Positions 46,101 through 55,302 of a DNA stretch of 64,000 nt are shown in pieces. Source of the DNA: Elusimicrobiota bacterium (lineage in GTDB: Bacteria > Elusimicrobiota > Elusimicrobia > UBA1565); the NCBI GenBank assembly GCA_041650695.1, contig JBAZKS010000026.1, positions 1,559 to 65,558 on the forward strand. Reading direction: 5' to 3'. The position numbers and the translations under genes were made by a program. Positions within the stretch are counted from its first letter, which is position 1; each line of letters starts with the position of its first letter. The notes beneath the pieces are model-generated. The model was not told the DNA's origin and ran no database searches. It was given only the letters and a program-made list of their open reading frames with translations.

Positions 46101-48588
46101 CGCCGGCCACCATGACGTTCCCGTCCGGGAGGAGCACAGCGGTGTGGAAGCTCCGCGAGGAGATCATGTCCCCGGTCTTGACCCAGCTCCGCGTCTCCGG
46201 GAAGTAGAGTTCGGAGTAGTTCGTCGCCCCGGTCGAGTTCTGCGACTTGAATCCGCCCGCCACGAGCACGGTCCCGTTCGGGAGCAGGGTGGCGCTGTGG
46301 TTGCTGTGGCCCATCGCCATGGAGCCCGCCGCGGACCACGTTTCCTCGACGGGGTCGAAGACCTCGGTGTCGGCGAGCGACACCGGCCCGTCGGAGCCGC
46401 CGGCCACGAGGATCTGGCCGTTGGGCAGGAGGTTGGCGGTGTGCGCGCGCCTCCTCTTGATCATCTGTTTCTGGTACTGCTGCCAGGAGGTCTCCACCCC
46501 TCCCTCCCCCTGCTGGTATATGTAGCCGAAGCCGCTCCGCGTGGAGATGTAGGTGGTGGTCGGGCAGCCCGCGTTGGTGCAGACCCGGCCTCCGATGATG
46601 AGCTCGTCCGCGTTGGGCAGCAGGGCGGAGGAGTGGTTGAAGCGGGCGCCCGCGGGCCCCGGGGTCGCGCCGAAGCCCCATGTGTTATCGCTCGGGTCGT
46701 ACTGTTCCGAGTCCGCGAAGATCATCTCCTTGATGACGATCGTGGAGATGTCGAAAGTGAATGGCTGTTCCGTGAGGTCCAGTTGGCTGAGCACGTAATG
46801 GGCCTGCAGGGAGATGTTCTGCAGGTACAGGTTGTTGAAGGTGAGGGGATGGGGGCTCGGGGGGGCGCACGCAGGACAGGCCAGGGTATAGGAGGTCGCG
46901 CTCTGCACGACGCCGGAGATCTCTCTGAAGGTCACGCCGTTGCAGGCGAGGACCCCGTTGACCCCGTCCTCATCCGGCATGACCGTACTGCCGGAGCACT
47001 CGGCCCTGAGGTCCGCGGAGCCGGATGTCAGGATGACGTTATAGCCGCCCGTCTGGTTGCCGACGGAGCCGGCGATGAGCCTCAAGGTCCCCGAGCTGAC
47101 CTGCGCGCCGACCGTATAGCCGGGCATGGTGAGGCTGATGTTCGCCGTGATCAAGGAGGGCCCGTTGGGGTCGATGTTCCGGCTTTCGCCGGGAGGGAGC
47201 CCCGCCGCTACGTCCGTGAGGTAGATCGTCGCGTTGGCCAGCCCGTCCGCGGATTTCATGTCTTGCTTCCAGAAAAGGACCTCGCCCGTGGGGTTGCCCC
47301 CGTTGAGCCGCACGTCCGCTTCCTTGATGATGCCCGCCTCGACGTCGATGCCGTCGAGCACGGCGTAGGTCCCGGGGTCGGTCTTGTCGGTGAAACGGAC
47401 CTGGGCGTCGGAGAGGGTCGCGAGCGGGCTGGAGAAGCGTATCTCGCCGTGCACGATGCGGCCGGTGGCCGGGACCGAGAGCTCCACGTTCTTCATGCGG
47501 ACGTAGAGGTTGCTCCCCGTGATCGAGCCGGTGGCCAGCTTGGGGGTGGGGAGGATGTTCAGGATGCTCGGCACCATCGCCGGGCTTTCGACGAATTGGC
47601 TCTCGAAGGAGACGTAGGTGGTCGTGATGTTGCCGATGCCGCCGTAGAGCTGGACCTTGCCGTCTCCCATCAGCGTGGAGGAGTGGAAGGCCTTGCGCGC
47701 CTGCATGCTCTTGGCCGGGAGGATGGAGTCCGTGATAGGGTCGTAGACTTCGGCCGTGCTGAGGTACCCCCTGTTCGCGAGGTCATCCTTGCCGTTGAAC
47801 CCGCCGGAGATGAGCACCTTGCCGTTCCCCATCACGGTGGCGCTGTGGGCGTAGCGCTTTGCGACGAGGCTGGGTCCGGGACTCCATTTATTGGGTACGT
47901 ATTCGTAGAGCTCGGTGGAGACCGCGAAATCGGCGGGATTGGCCGTCAAGTTGATGTACCCGCCGGCCACGAACACGCGGCCGTCCGGGAGCAGCGTGGC
48001 CGTGTGCCCGGCCCGGCGCAGGCCGAGTTGGCCCGCGGACTCCATGACGCCCGTCCCGAAAGCCCCCCCGGTCGGGTTGAAGAGCTCGCAGGTCTGTGTC
48101 GCGGCGGGGTCGAGCGGCCCTGTGGCGTTCGCCCCGCCTGCGATGAGCACCTTGCCGTTCGGGAGAAGAGTGGCCGTGTGGTTGAAGCGCGCGGCGGCGA
48201 GGTTGCCGGGGTCCGTGAGCGTGTTGGTGTTGGGGTTGTAGATGCGGACGCTCGCGACCACCCCCGCCGCGCCCTGACCGCCCGCGATGAAGACCCGTCC
48301 GTCCGGAAGCAGGGTCGCGGTGTGCGAGGAGCGGGTCCCGAGGGTCGTCGTCCAGCCGGTCGAGACGGTCTGATAGGTGCCGGCTGTGGAGATGAACATC
48401 TCGACCGAGTCCAGTTGGCCTAAGGTGGTGCTGTACCCGCCTGTGATGAGCACGTTCCCGTTCGGCAGGAGCGTGGTGGTGTGCCCGTAGCGGGCGGTGC
48501 TCTGGCCGCGCGACGGCAACGCGAGGGCGGCCAACAGGACGGGAGTGGCAAGGACGGCGCCCAATAGTCTGCTCATCCTAGGAAGCAT
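43138..48588 (-). CDS. Giant secreted Kelch-repeat / FN3-like protein with a T9SS C-terminal sorting domain
   Basis: Signal peptide. Many Kelch blades (LLPNGKVLIAGG, LLPDGRVF[IV]AGG). Ig/FN3-like modules. A C-terminal ~80-aa domain (TFDRLPASALVRVYTLHGEQI...GVYFAVIEAEGKKRIMKLAVVR) that matches the T9SS CTD pattern. Confidence 0.65.
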   Translation of the reverse strand: MLPRMSRLLGAVLATPVLLAALALPSRGQSTARYGHTTTLLPNGNVLITGGYSTTLGQLDSVEMFISTAGTYQTVSTGWTTTLGTRSSHTATLLPDGRVFIAGGQGAAGVVASVRIYNPNTNTLTDPGNLAAARFNHTATLLPNGKVLIAGGANATGPLDPAATQTCELFNPTGGAFGTGVMESAGQLGLRRAGHTATLLPDGRVFVAGGYINLTANPADFAVSTELYEYVPNKWSPGPSLVAKRYAHSATVMGNGKVLISGGFNGKDDLANRGYLSTAEVYDPITDSILPAKSMQARKAFHSSTLMGDGKVQLYGGIGNITTTYVSFESQFVESPAMVPSILNILPTPKLATGSITGSNLYVRMKNVELSVPATGRIVHGEIRFSSPLATLSDAQVRFTDKTDPGTYAVLDGIDVEAGIIKEADVRLNGGNPTGEVLFWKQDMKSADGLANATIYLTDVAAGLPPGESRNIDPNGPSLITANISLTMPGYTVGAQVSSGTLRLIAGSVGNQTGGYNVILTSGSADLRAECSGSTVMPDEDGVNGVLACNGVTFREISGVVQSATSYTLACPACAPPSPHPLTFNNLYLQNISLQAHYVLSQLDLTEQPFTFDISTIVIKEMIFADSEQYDPSDNTWGFGATPGPAGARFNHSSALLPNADELIIGGRVCTNAGCPTTTYISTRSGFGYIYQQGEGGVETSWQQYQKQMIKRRRAHTANLLPNGQILVAGGSDGPVSLADTEVFDPVEETWSAAGSMAMGHSNHSATLLPNGTVLVAGGFKSQNSTGATNYSELYFPETRSWVKTGDMISSRSFHTAVLLPDGNVMVAGGFANGDYLNSAEIYITTSHRWIQLDPMNTKRAQHTMTALHTGKVVVAGGVNVSGVLGDESANTRCGVEIFDPSTGDWNYGTGCPPITMNSKRHSHTVTMLRDGRLLAAGGNDGFGEVAKAEIYDPTLYNPVTADPVVWSRTGDAPYPPGDDMIFPRISHTAQLLPNGKVLLVGGFDKFGKPVEYAEAFDVDLSTWQMQGKSFQKRGDHTCTLLADGTLVVAGGFDGVESLNITEHQYFTYSPDEATPIPFPRVPAIVDVSSGLFDRGGWITMTGNHFTGESEAAGGGAASGNSHHSHPRIYLQRMAESGNSGAKSAGFLIDLTSAAFYPGQNSWDRINSSITLALPTSPGLLPYGYYHLRVAANSQFSPSKLIQIGPARPSSAPGIPHGALVGVSSVCWSWPPVTSGTVDGYNVYFATSGVFISTVSPTQMKGGEVYFYQTGLAPDTPAEVKVAAYTLSGDGDVTFATESVKTATAKISGVTGSAKSVSSIEWSWSENPGAIYYKVYSTSAGVVIATPTSHIWLQEHLSTNTASCVRVQAVTEAGIGELTAPSTTYTLAAPPLAGSSPYSNIGTKSLSVKWSANTNPAYTTFEGFGGMVGGSTVPIVGAVTQVDLVFPEEGTRANALIEVYVRARNGYLDEAGVPSPEDNYVSLGATCTLANSPSSPTVTFVTPSSIGLEWETNGNSTWTVYQVTLSTDNFNKHVSTPIAFADNYSSSTVELNGLLTGAWYDIRVQASNLYGALTGISSTRTYTDNGGGPLGSIGVYVSQEKLTTLEGNVGNGRGVSLYIYPHTFTQDLFLYISSQTPSWNGNRCGSLPAVTLTARPDAQPVAPFNLGISYDGSGVATADLPTLSIVRYDPAGRTCVPLLTSIDRAGKMAYAQSNHLSTFQLMQILPQRDLENARIFPNPLYTSYQGYFTFDRLPASALVRVYTLHGEQIFDGRSGSTGLLTWNATNVVGRPVASGVYFAVIEAEGKKRIMKLAVVR

Positions 48589-48686
48589 AGAACCGTCCGC
48601 CGGAGCATCGACCCTCGTCGATGCCGTTTTCCCGGTGGCACCCGCAGTTTAACAGGGGGGGTTTACAAAATCATTACAAACGGGAG

Positions 48687-49397
48687 TCAGCGGACTTCGA
48701 GCGTTTCCCAGGGGGTGATGCGCGCCTTCCCCCCCTTGTCCACCTCGAACCGGAAGCGGTAGGTCTGGGATGGATTAAGGAAGACCTTGCGCACCCATTC
48801 GCCTTTCCCCGTCTTGAACATCAGCGCGCGGCCGCCGCTCTTGTTGAGGAACGGGCCCAGGAGGGTCACCTGCTTGGCGGAGGAGTCGGGATACTCGAAT
48901 CGGACGGGGACGGCCTTGCCGGGGGCGGCCGGCGGTTCCACCACCGCGTGCTTGGACGCTGCGGCGGTCTTCTTGGGTTCCGGCTTCTTGGCCTCCGCCT
49001 TGGCCGCAGGCTTCTCCTCGGGCTTTTTCACTTCGGGCTTCTTGGCCTCCGGCTTGGCCGGGGCGGGCTCGGGTTTCTTCGCTTCGGGTTTCGAGGGCTG
49101 CGGAGCGGGCTGTGCGGGAGGGGCCTGCGCGGCGGGCTCCTTCTTGGGACGAGGGCTCCGGGTTTCGACGCGCGCCGCCGGGGTCTGAGAGCTGTCGCGC
49201 GCTTCGAGGATGCGCCATCCGAGGACGCCGAGGCAGACGGCGATGAGCAGCGCGTCCGCCGCCAGCAGGGCCCCCCAGAGGCCTCGGCCGCTTCCGCCTG
49301 CCGCCGGCGGGTCGGCGGAGTCCAAGGGGGCGTCTTCCGGATCCGGCCCGGGGGACGTCTCGCTGCTCTTGAGACCGAAGATGTCGAAGACCGGCAT
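48687..49397 (-). CDS. Membrane-anchored Lys/Pro/Glu-rich repeat protein with a CBM48/AMPK-beta-like C-terminal domain
   Basis: TM, then PEAKKPE-type repeats. The C-terminus (VPVRFEYPDSSAKQVTLLGPFLN...YRFRFEVDKGG) looks like an E-set glycogen-binding domain. Confidence 0.35.
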   Translation of the reverse strand: MPVFDIFGLKSSETSPGPDPEDAPLDSADPPAAGGSGRGLWGALLAADALLIAVCLGVLGWRILEARDSSQTPAARVETRSPRPKKEPAAQAPPAQPAPQPSKPEAKKPEPAPAKPEAKKPEVKKPEEKPAAKAEAKKPEPKKTAAASKHAVVEPPAAPGKAVPVRFEYPDSSAKQVTLLGPFLNKSGGRALMFKTGKGEWVRKVFLNPSQTYRFRFEVDKGGKARITPWETLEVR

Positions 49398-49429
49398 GGG
49401 CGGATTCTATTCAATAGCGCCGGAGGGTG

Positions 49430-52330
49430 TCAATCCGACTGGGAGGGCAGCGGGGCCTGGCGCAGCCTCCAGAGCTGCCTCATGTAGAGCCTGTCGGAGC
49501 CGTCCTTGGCGAGCCAGGCCTCCTCGCCGCGCAGGGTGAAGGCGGAGAGCGGCTGCCGCCCCCCCTCCAATTCGGGGAGGCTGTAGGAGCCGATGAGGCT
49601 CAGGAGCGGGTCCCAGCGATGACGGTACACGAGCCTGCTCTCCGAGTCCGCGGACCAGAAGTTCTGGGAGTCGGCGAAGATGGCCACGGGCGTGTGCCTG
49701 GCTTTATAGGCGTTGAGGACGGACAGGGAGTCGTCCGCGGCGTGCTGGTAGATGCGGCGTTCGAGCCTGTCCGCGGACCAGAGGGTCTTGCCGTCGTGGA
49801 AGAGCGCGCAGGGGCTCGCCCCGGGGCTCGGCCACGCCTTCTCGAAGCCGAGGCCGTCCGCTCCACGGCGCCAGAGCTGGATGTTTCGTTTCCAGGAGTC
49901 CGCGATGTAGACCGCGTCTCCGGCCACGGCCATGCCCACGATGTGCGTGTCGGGGAGGATGAAGCGCTGGCTCACGGTCAAGTCGCGCGATCCCAGGCGC
50001 ATCGTGTAGACCGCTCCCTCGGACCAGTCCGCGGCCCACAGCGTCTCCCCCTCCCAAAGCAGGGCGGTCGGATGCGAGAACGGGAGCCGGTAGTCCTTCC
50101 CCGAGACCCAGTACAGGCCGCCCGCCGCTCCGGCGGCGGCGGCGACGGCTGCCCGCAAAGCCCAGGTGAGCCAGCGCCGGGGCTTCTCGGGCGGCGGGGC
50201 GGTCGGCGGACGGGAGACGGGAAGGGGTTCGTCCTTCGGCGGGGGCGCGGTCGCGGCCGGCTGGATGCGGGAAAGCAGCGCGGCCCGCTCCTTCTCCCAG
50301 GCCTGCTCCCGCTGGCAGAACTGGGCGAGCAGGGACTGCCGCTCCTTCTCCCCATGCGTCAGCTTCGCGGACTCCGCGCGTGCCTCGTCGACGCTCTTGC
50401 GCAGGGCGGCGAGCTCGTCCTCGTGCGCCAGCCGCAGCTGCCGTTCCTTCTCCGCTTGGTCGGCTTCCAGGCTCTGCCGCAGCGCGGCGAGCTCCTTCTG
50501 ATGCACTTCGCGCAGCTGCCGCTCCCTCTCCACTTGCAGGGTCTGCATGAGCTCGACCTGGCGTTCGAACTCCGCGCAGTCCGCGTCGGAAGCCTTCTTC
50601 TGCTCGGCCGTCTTCTCCTGGAGCGCGGCGAGCTCCTTCTCGTGCGCGAGGCGCAGGAGTTCGACTTGGCGCTCGAAGTCCTTCTGCTGCCCGGCCGTCT
50701 TCTCCTGGAGCGCGGCGAGCTCCTTCTCGTGCGCGAGGCGCAGCTGGCTTTCCCGCTCCGCCTGCCGGGCCTGCAGCAGCTCGAACTGGCGCGTGGACTC
50801 CGCGCGCTGGGTCTGAAGGGCCGCTTCAGCGGCGGCCTGCAGCTCCTCGCGGTCGCGTTTTCGCAGTTCGCGCTCCCGCTCCGAGAGGCGCTCCTCCATG
50901 GCGTACGACGCCTCGCGCTGCATCTGCAGCTCGCGCGCATGGGCTTCGGAGGTCTTGCGCTGGTCGCCCCGCTGCCGCTCGACGATGCCGTCGTAATACT
51001 TCCGGAGCGCCTCGAGGTCCGCCTCGGAGGTCTCCAGCCTCTTGGCGCCCTCCGTGCGGAACTCCTCCTCCAGCGCGCGGATCGCTTGGACCCGGCGCTG
51101 GAGCTCCTCGTTGCTCCTCGCCGAGAACGATTGCTCGAGCTTGGCGAGGGATTGTTCGAGCCGGATCGTCTCCTCCCGCAGGAGCTCGCCCTGGCCCTGC
51201 AGCAGGCCGCTGCGCTCCGCCTGGCGGTCGGCGAAGTCCTTCTGGATCCTCTCCCGCAGCTCCGCGACCTCCTTGGCGAGGGCCTCTCGGGAACGGGCGG
51301 CGGCTTCCCGTTCCGCGCAGACGAGCGCCTCGTAGTTCCCCCGCAGGGCCTCCCGGGCTTTCGAGAGCTCGGCCGCGATCTGTGCGGCTTGGCGTTCGTG
51401 GGCTTCCGCCTGGGCTTTGAGCTGCCGGGCGAACTGGGCGCGGAGGTCCTCCTCGTGCGCGTCGGAGCGCCGGGAGAACTCGCGCTCCATGGACCTGAGG
51501 GAGTCCTCGACCTCCAGGACGCGCCGCTCGCGCTCCGCCAGGAGCGCCTCGAGTTTCTCGCGCTCGGCCTCGAAGGAGGCTCGCGCGGCGCCTTCGGCGT
51601 CGGCCAGGCGCGCGGCGTCGGCGCGGCGCTCGTCCAGGAGCTTGGCCTTCAAGCGCTCGAAATCCTTCTCCAGGGCCTGCCGCTTGGTGGAAAGCTCAAG
51701 CTCCAGCAGCACCAGCCTTTGATGGAACTCGTCGTTGCGCAGGCGCAGCTCCGCGACGACCTCCTCCTGGAGCGCTCCGGCCTTGGCTCTTTCATCGGCG
51801 ACGTCCTGCGCGTGCTTCTTCTCCAGCAGGCCGACTTGCTCCCGGTAGCTCCGTTGGGCGTCGGCCAGGGCTCCGGTATAGGCGGCCTCCATCTCCGAAA
51901 GCCGGCGGTTGGACTGCTCGACCTCCTTCTGGTGGGCTTCCTCGGCCTGCCGGAGCCGCTCCTGCAGCCTGGCTTCCTGGACCTGGTGGGTCTCCTCGAG
52001 TTCGCGGCGCCGCCGGACGAACTCGGTGACGTCCACCTCGCCCTTGAACAGACTGTTCAGGACGCCCTGCATATCCGTGACGAAGCGCTCCTTCTCTTCG
52101 AGCTTGCGTATCCTGGATTCGGAGGACTCGCGGGAGGCTTCGAGTTCCCGGAGGGCATTTTCGCGCGCGGCGGTGGCCTGCTTGAGGAATCCCTGCGTCT
52201 CGGAGACCGTGCGTTCCAGGCCCCGGATGCGCTCGAGCGCCCAGCGCAGCGTCATGCGCGCCGTGTCGAGGTTCCCGATATTTTCCAGGAGGCTCTCGGG
52301 GTCCTGCCTCTGCTCGTCCATCTCAGCCAA
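49430..52330 (-). CDS. Bitopic protein: ~700-aa cytoplasmic coiled coil, one TM, C-terminal beta-propeller-like repeat domain
   Basis: Long E/R/L/A/Q coiled coil with near-identical internal repeats (LRLAHEKELAALQEKTA, two full copies plus a degenerate third). Pro-rich linker, then a TM. Five or six ~45-aa repeats centred on LW[SA]AD...[IV]Y. Confidence 0.45.
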   Translation of the reverse strand: MAEMDEQRQDPESLLENIGNLDTARMTLRWALERIRGLERTVSETQGFLKQATAARENALRELEASRESSESRIRKLEEKERFVTDMQGVLNSLFKGEVDVTEFVRRRRELEETHQVQEARLQERLRQAEEAHQKEVEQSNRRLSEMEAAYTGALADAQRSYREQVGLLEKKHAQDVADERAKAGALQEEVVAELRLRNDEFHQRLVLLELELSTKRQALEKDFERLKAKLLDERRADAARLADAEGAARASFEAEREKLEALLAERERRVLEVEDSLRSMEREFSRRSDAHEEDLRAQFARQLKAQAEAHERQAAQIAAELSKAREALRGNYEALVCAEREAAARSREALAKEVAELRERIQKDFADRQAERSGLLQGQGELLREETIRLEQSLAKLEQSFSARSNEELQRRVQAIRALEEEFRTEGAKRLETSEADLEALRKYYDGIVERQRGDQRKTSEAHARELQMQREASYAMEERLSERERELRKRDREELQAAAEAALQTQRAESTRQFELLQARQAERESQLRLAHEKELAALQEKTAGQQKDFERQVELLRLAHEKELAALQEKTAEQKKASDADCAEFERQVELMQTLQVERERQLREVHQKELAALRQSLEADQAEKERQLRLAHEDELAALRKSVDEARAESAKLTHGEKERQSLLAQFCQREQAWEKERAALLSRIQPAATAPPPKDEPLPVSRPPTAPPPEKPRRWLTWALRAAVAAAAGAAGGLYWVSGKDYRLPFSHPTALLWEGETLWAADWSEGAVYTMRLGSRDLTVSQRFILPDTHIVGMAVAGDAVYIADSWKRNIQLWRRGADGLGFEKAWPSPGASPCALFHDGKTLWSADRLERRIYQHAADDSLSVLNAYKARHTPVAIFADSQNFWSADSESRLVYRHRWDPLLSLIGSYSLPELEGGRQPLSAFTLRGEEAWLAKDGSDRLYMRQLWRLRQAPLPSQSD

Positions 52331-52360
52331 GGTTAACAGGACTATACGAACAGCGCAATA

Positions 52361-54118
52361 TCAAACTTGTTTCGCGTTTTCCGGCGTCAGCCGGTCTTTG
52401 GGTTCTTTGGCGTAGTCCGAATAGTAATAATAATAGTAGTAATAGTCCCCGTACGCGCGTGCCTTGGCGGTCACGCGGTTGACGATGGCTCCCGCGACCT
52501 TCAACCCGCTTTCCGCGAGCTTTTCCTTGGCCCGGCAGGCTAGGGTCCCGTTGGTGGATCCGAACTTGAGCACGAAGACGGCCGCGTCGCAATGCCGGCT
52601 CCAGAGCAGGGCGTCGGTGATGGGGAACACCGGCGTCCCATCGACGATGATGCGGTCGTAGCGGGACTCGGCCCACGCCATGAGGCCGCTGAGCTTGGGC
52701 GTGCTCAGGAGCTCGGCCGGGTTGGGCGGGATGTGGCCGCAGATGAGCAGGTCGAGCGTGGAATCGGGTGTCTTCTGGATGAGGCTCCCCGCCTCCTCCG
52801 GGCTCCGGCTGTAGGCGAGGAAGTGGCTCAGGCCTTTCTCCTTGGGCAGGCCGAAGCGCTTGTGCAGGTTCGGCCTGCGCAGGTCGCCCTCGATGAGCAG
52901 GACCCGCTCGCCGAGCTGCGAGAAAACCATGGCCAGGCTGATGGCGATGAAGGTCTTGCCCTCTCCCTGCGCGGTGCTCGTGATGAGCAGCGAGCGCATC
53001 TCCTTGCCGGCCGCGGCGAACCCGATCATGGTCCGGATGTTCTTGAGCGACTCTCCGGCGAAGGACTTGGGACCGGCCAGGAGCTGCGAATAACCTTCCG
53101 CGGAGTCGGCGGAGAACTGCACGCGCGGGATCGATCCCAGGAAGGGCAGCCCCACCTTGCTCTCCACGTCCTCCTGCGTGTGCACCGTCTGGTCGAGCGC
53201 GTCCACGCCGAGGGCCAGCAGGTAGCCTCCGAGCAGGCCGAGGATGGCCGCGATGAGAAGGGTCCTGAGCTTGCGCGGCTTCGACGGAGACCTCGGGACC
53301 TCGGCGGGGTCCACGATGCGGATGTTGTTCCCCAGGAGCTGCCCCGAGAGGTCCGCCTTGACGCCTTTGACGATCTTATCCGTCTCATCCCGGATGCGGG
53401 ATCTGAGCGCGTCCATCTGGGACTTGAGGCGCAGCATCTCCGGGTGCTCGGGGGTGTACCGCCGGGAAAGGTCTCCCAGTTTCGTCTCCAGGTTCGCGTA
53501 GAGACCCTTGAGGTTCTGGATGAGGGGGCTCTGCACCACGGCGGGCAGGGTGTCGAGCTCGATGGGGCGGCCGGGCTGTCCCATGGCCGGGGCCTGGTCC
53601 GGGAACAGGGCCTGGAGCACGTCCTTGGAGATGAAAAGCTTGCTCTCGAGGTTTTGCTCGACGTAGGCCGTGGACAGGGCGTTGGCCACGCGGCAGGCGA
53701 GCTCGGGGCTGTAGGACTCCGCGGTCACGTTGACGAGGCGGCTGCGCCGGATGGGATTGATGAGGACTGCGGCCTCCAAGGCCCCCACCCCGCGGGCGAA
53801 GTCGGGCTCTTTCGAGAGCTGGAGCGTCTCATAGACCTTCTTGAGCAGGCTCCGGCTCTTGAGCAGCTTGTATTGGGTCTGGTAGTAGTCGTCGGCCGTG
53901 GCCTCGATGACCGGCTCCTCCCGGTAGCTCTGGGAACGCTGCTCCTTCTCGATGAGGACCATGGCGGTCGAGGAGAAGACCGGGCGCGCCGTGGCGACGT
54001 AGAGGGCCGAGCTGAGCACCGTGACGACGAACACGGAGAGGATGATCCACCGCCGCCTGGAGAGGACCTGCAGGTAATGCCGAAGGTCTATGTCGAGTTC
54101 CGCGTCGCTCTCGGCCAT
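52361..54118 (-). CDS. Polysaccharide co-polymerase / tyrosine autokinase (Wzc-like BY-kinase)
   Basis: Wzz-like N-terminal domain with two TMs. Walker A (GEGKT), Walker A' and Walker B (IIVDGTP). C-terminal Tyr cluster YGDYYYYYYYYSDY. Confidence 0.8.
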   Translation of the reverse strand: MAESDAELDIDLRHYLQVLSRRRWIILSVFVVTVLSSALYVATARPVFSSTAMVLIEKEQRSQSYREEPVIEATADDYYQTQYKLLKSRSLLKKVYETLQLSKEPDFARGVGALEAAVLINPIRRSRLVNVTAESYSPELACRVANALSTAYVEQNLESKLFISKDVLQALFPDQAPAMGQPGRPIELDTLPAVVQSPLIQNLKGLYANLETKLGDLSRRYTPEHPEMLRLKSQMDALRSRIRDETDKIVKGVKADLSGQLLGNNIRIVDPAEVPRSPSKPRKLRTLLIAAILGLLGGYLLALGVDALDQTVHTQEDVESKVGLPFLGSIPRVQFSADSAEGYSQLLAGPKSFAGESLKNIRTMIGFAAAGKEMRSLLITSTAQGEGKTFIAISLAMVFSQLGERVLLIEGDLRRPNLHKRFGLPKEKGLSHFLAYSRSPEEAGSLIQKTPDSTLDLLICGHIPPNPAELLSTPKLSGLMAWAESRYDRIIVDGTPVFPITDALLWSRHCDAAVFVLKFGSTNGTLACRAKEKLAESGLKVAGAIVNRVTAKARAYGDYYYYYYYYSDYAKEPKDRLTPENAKQV

Positions 54119-55299
54119 CAGAAGAAGCTCTCCGGGACGAAGATGACGTCCCCGGGCTCGAGCACGATGTCCTTGCTCTTGTCTCCCCGCTTGGTGACGG
54201 CGGAGACCTCGATGATGAACGTCTTGTTCTCACCCCCGGCCTTGCGGATCACTCGGGTCCGGTCAAAGGCGGCATATTGCGTGAAGCCTCCCGCCAGGGT
54301 GACGGCTTCGACCACGCTCAGGGGCGCCTCGGTGGGCAGAGGATAGGAGCCGGGCTTGGCCACCTCGCCGAGGATGTACACCTGCTTGTTCCCGTACTCG
54401 GCGATGAAGACGGAGACCTGCGGACCGCGGAGGAAACGGGACAGCCTCTTCTTGAGCTCCTCCTCGGCCTGGGCCACGCCGAGGCCCGCGACCTTGACGG
54501 GCTGGTCGATGAGGGGCAGGGTGATGGTCCCCTCCGGGCTGACCCGGACCTTCCGGTTGAGGTCCTGTTCCTGATAGACCGTGACCTCGAGGAGGTCCGC
54601 CGGGCTGATCTTGTAGCTGTGCTGCTGGGTCACGATGAATTGGAGGGCGTTCTGTACGGCGGCCTCCTCGTCCTTCGGCGGGGCTTGGCGCTGGGGGATC
54701 GGCTCCGGAACGGCCCGATCGCCCACCTGGACCGCCAGGGCCCCGCACCCCTGAAGCGCGAGCGCGAGGGCAAGGGCTCCGTACCGTCTCAAGATCCCGC
54801 TCCAGAGGCCGTGCGCCTTGAGCAGAAGCTCCGCGACCTCGCGCACCGCCCCCCTTCCGCCTGGGCTGCGGGTCACGTGATCCGCAGCCGCCTTCGCTTC
54901 GGGCCGCGCGTTGGCCACCGCCACCCCCCATCCCGCCGCGCGCAGGACAGGGACATCCGTCAGATCGTCGCCGATGAACGCGGCCTCCTCGGGCCGCAGG
55001 CGCGCTTTGCGCAGGATGTCCTCGAACGCCGGCAGCTTGTCCAGCCGGCCCTGGACGATGTGGCTCATGCGCAGCATCTTGGCCCGGGCGCCGATGCCTT
55101 CGCAGACGCGGCCGCTGATGATGCCCGTGCGGATGCCCGCCTCGGCCAGCCAGACCAGCGAGATCCCGTCCTGGGAATCCATCCCCTTGAGCTCGACGAG
55201 GCGGCCGCCCCGGTCCACGCAGTGGTAGAGCCGGCCGTCGGTCAAGACGCCGTCCACGTCCATCAATAGGAGCCGGATGCGCTTGAGCCCGCGTTGCAC
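54118..55299 (-). CDS. KdsC-like HAD phosphatase fused in frame to a Wza-like polysaccharide export lipoprotein
   Basis: Residues 1-166 match KDO-8-P phosphatase (DVDGVLTDG...GDDLTDVP...GGRGAVREV). Residues ~170-393 carry a lipoprotein-like signal (LALALALQGC) and a Poly_export/SLBB-like body ending FVPESFF. There is no stop between the two parts; an internal TTG at 54790..54792 is a possible Wza start. Confidence 0.55.
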   Translation of the reverse strand: MQRGLKRIRLLLMDVDGVLTDGRLYHCVDRGGRLVELKGMDSQDGISLVWLAEAGIRTGIISGRVCEGIGARAKMLRMSHIVQGRLDKLPAFEDILRKARLRPEEAAFIGDDLTDVPVLRAAGWGVAVANARPEAKAAADHVTRSPGGRGAVREVAELLLKAHGLWSGILRRYGALALALALQGCGALAVQVGDRAVPEPIPQRQAPPKDEEAAVQNALQFIVTQQHSYKISPADLLEVTVYQEQDLNRKVRVSPEGTITLPLIDQPVKVAGLGVAQAEEELKKRLSRFLRGPQVSVFIAEYGNKQVYILGEVAKPGSYPLPTEAPLSVVEAVTLAGGFTQYAAFDRTRVIRKAGGENKTFIIEVSAVTKRGDKSKDIVLEPGDVIFVPESFF

Positions 55300-55302
55300 T
55301 CT

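Noticed and set aside
48636-48652. Sigma-54-like TGGCAC-N5-TTTAA element
   Set aside because: The -12 element is poor (GTTT rather than TTGC). It is on the plus strand in a region where both flanking genes are on the minus strand, so it cannot drive either of them.
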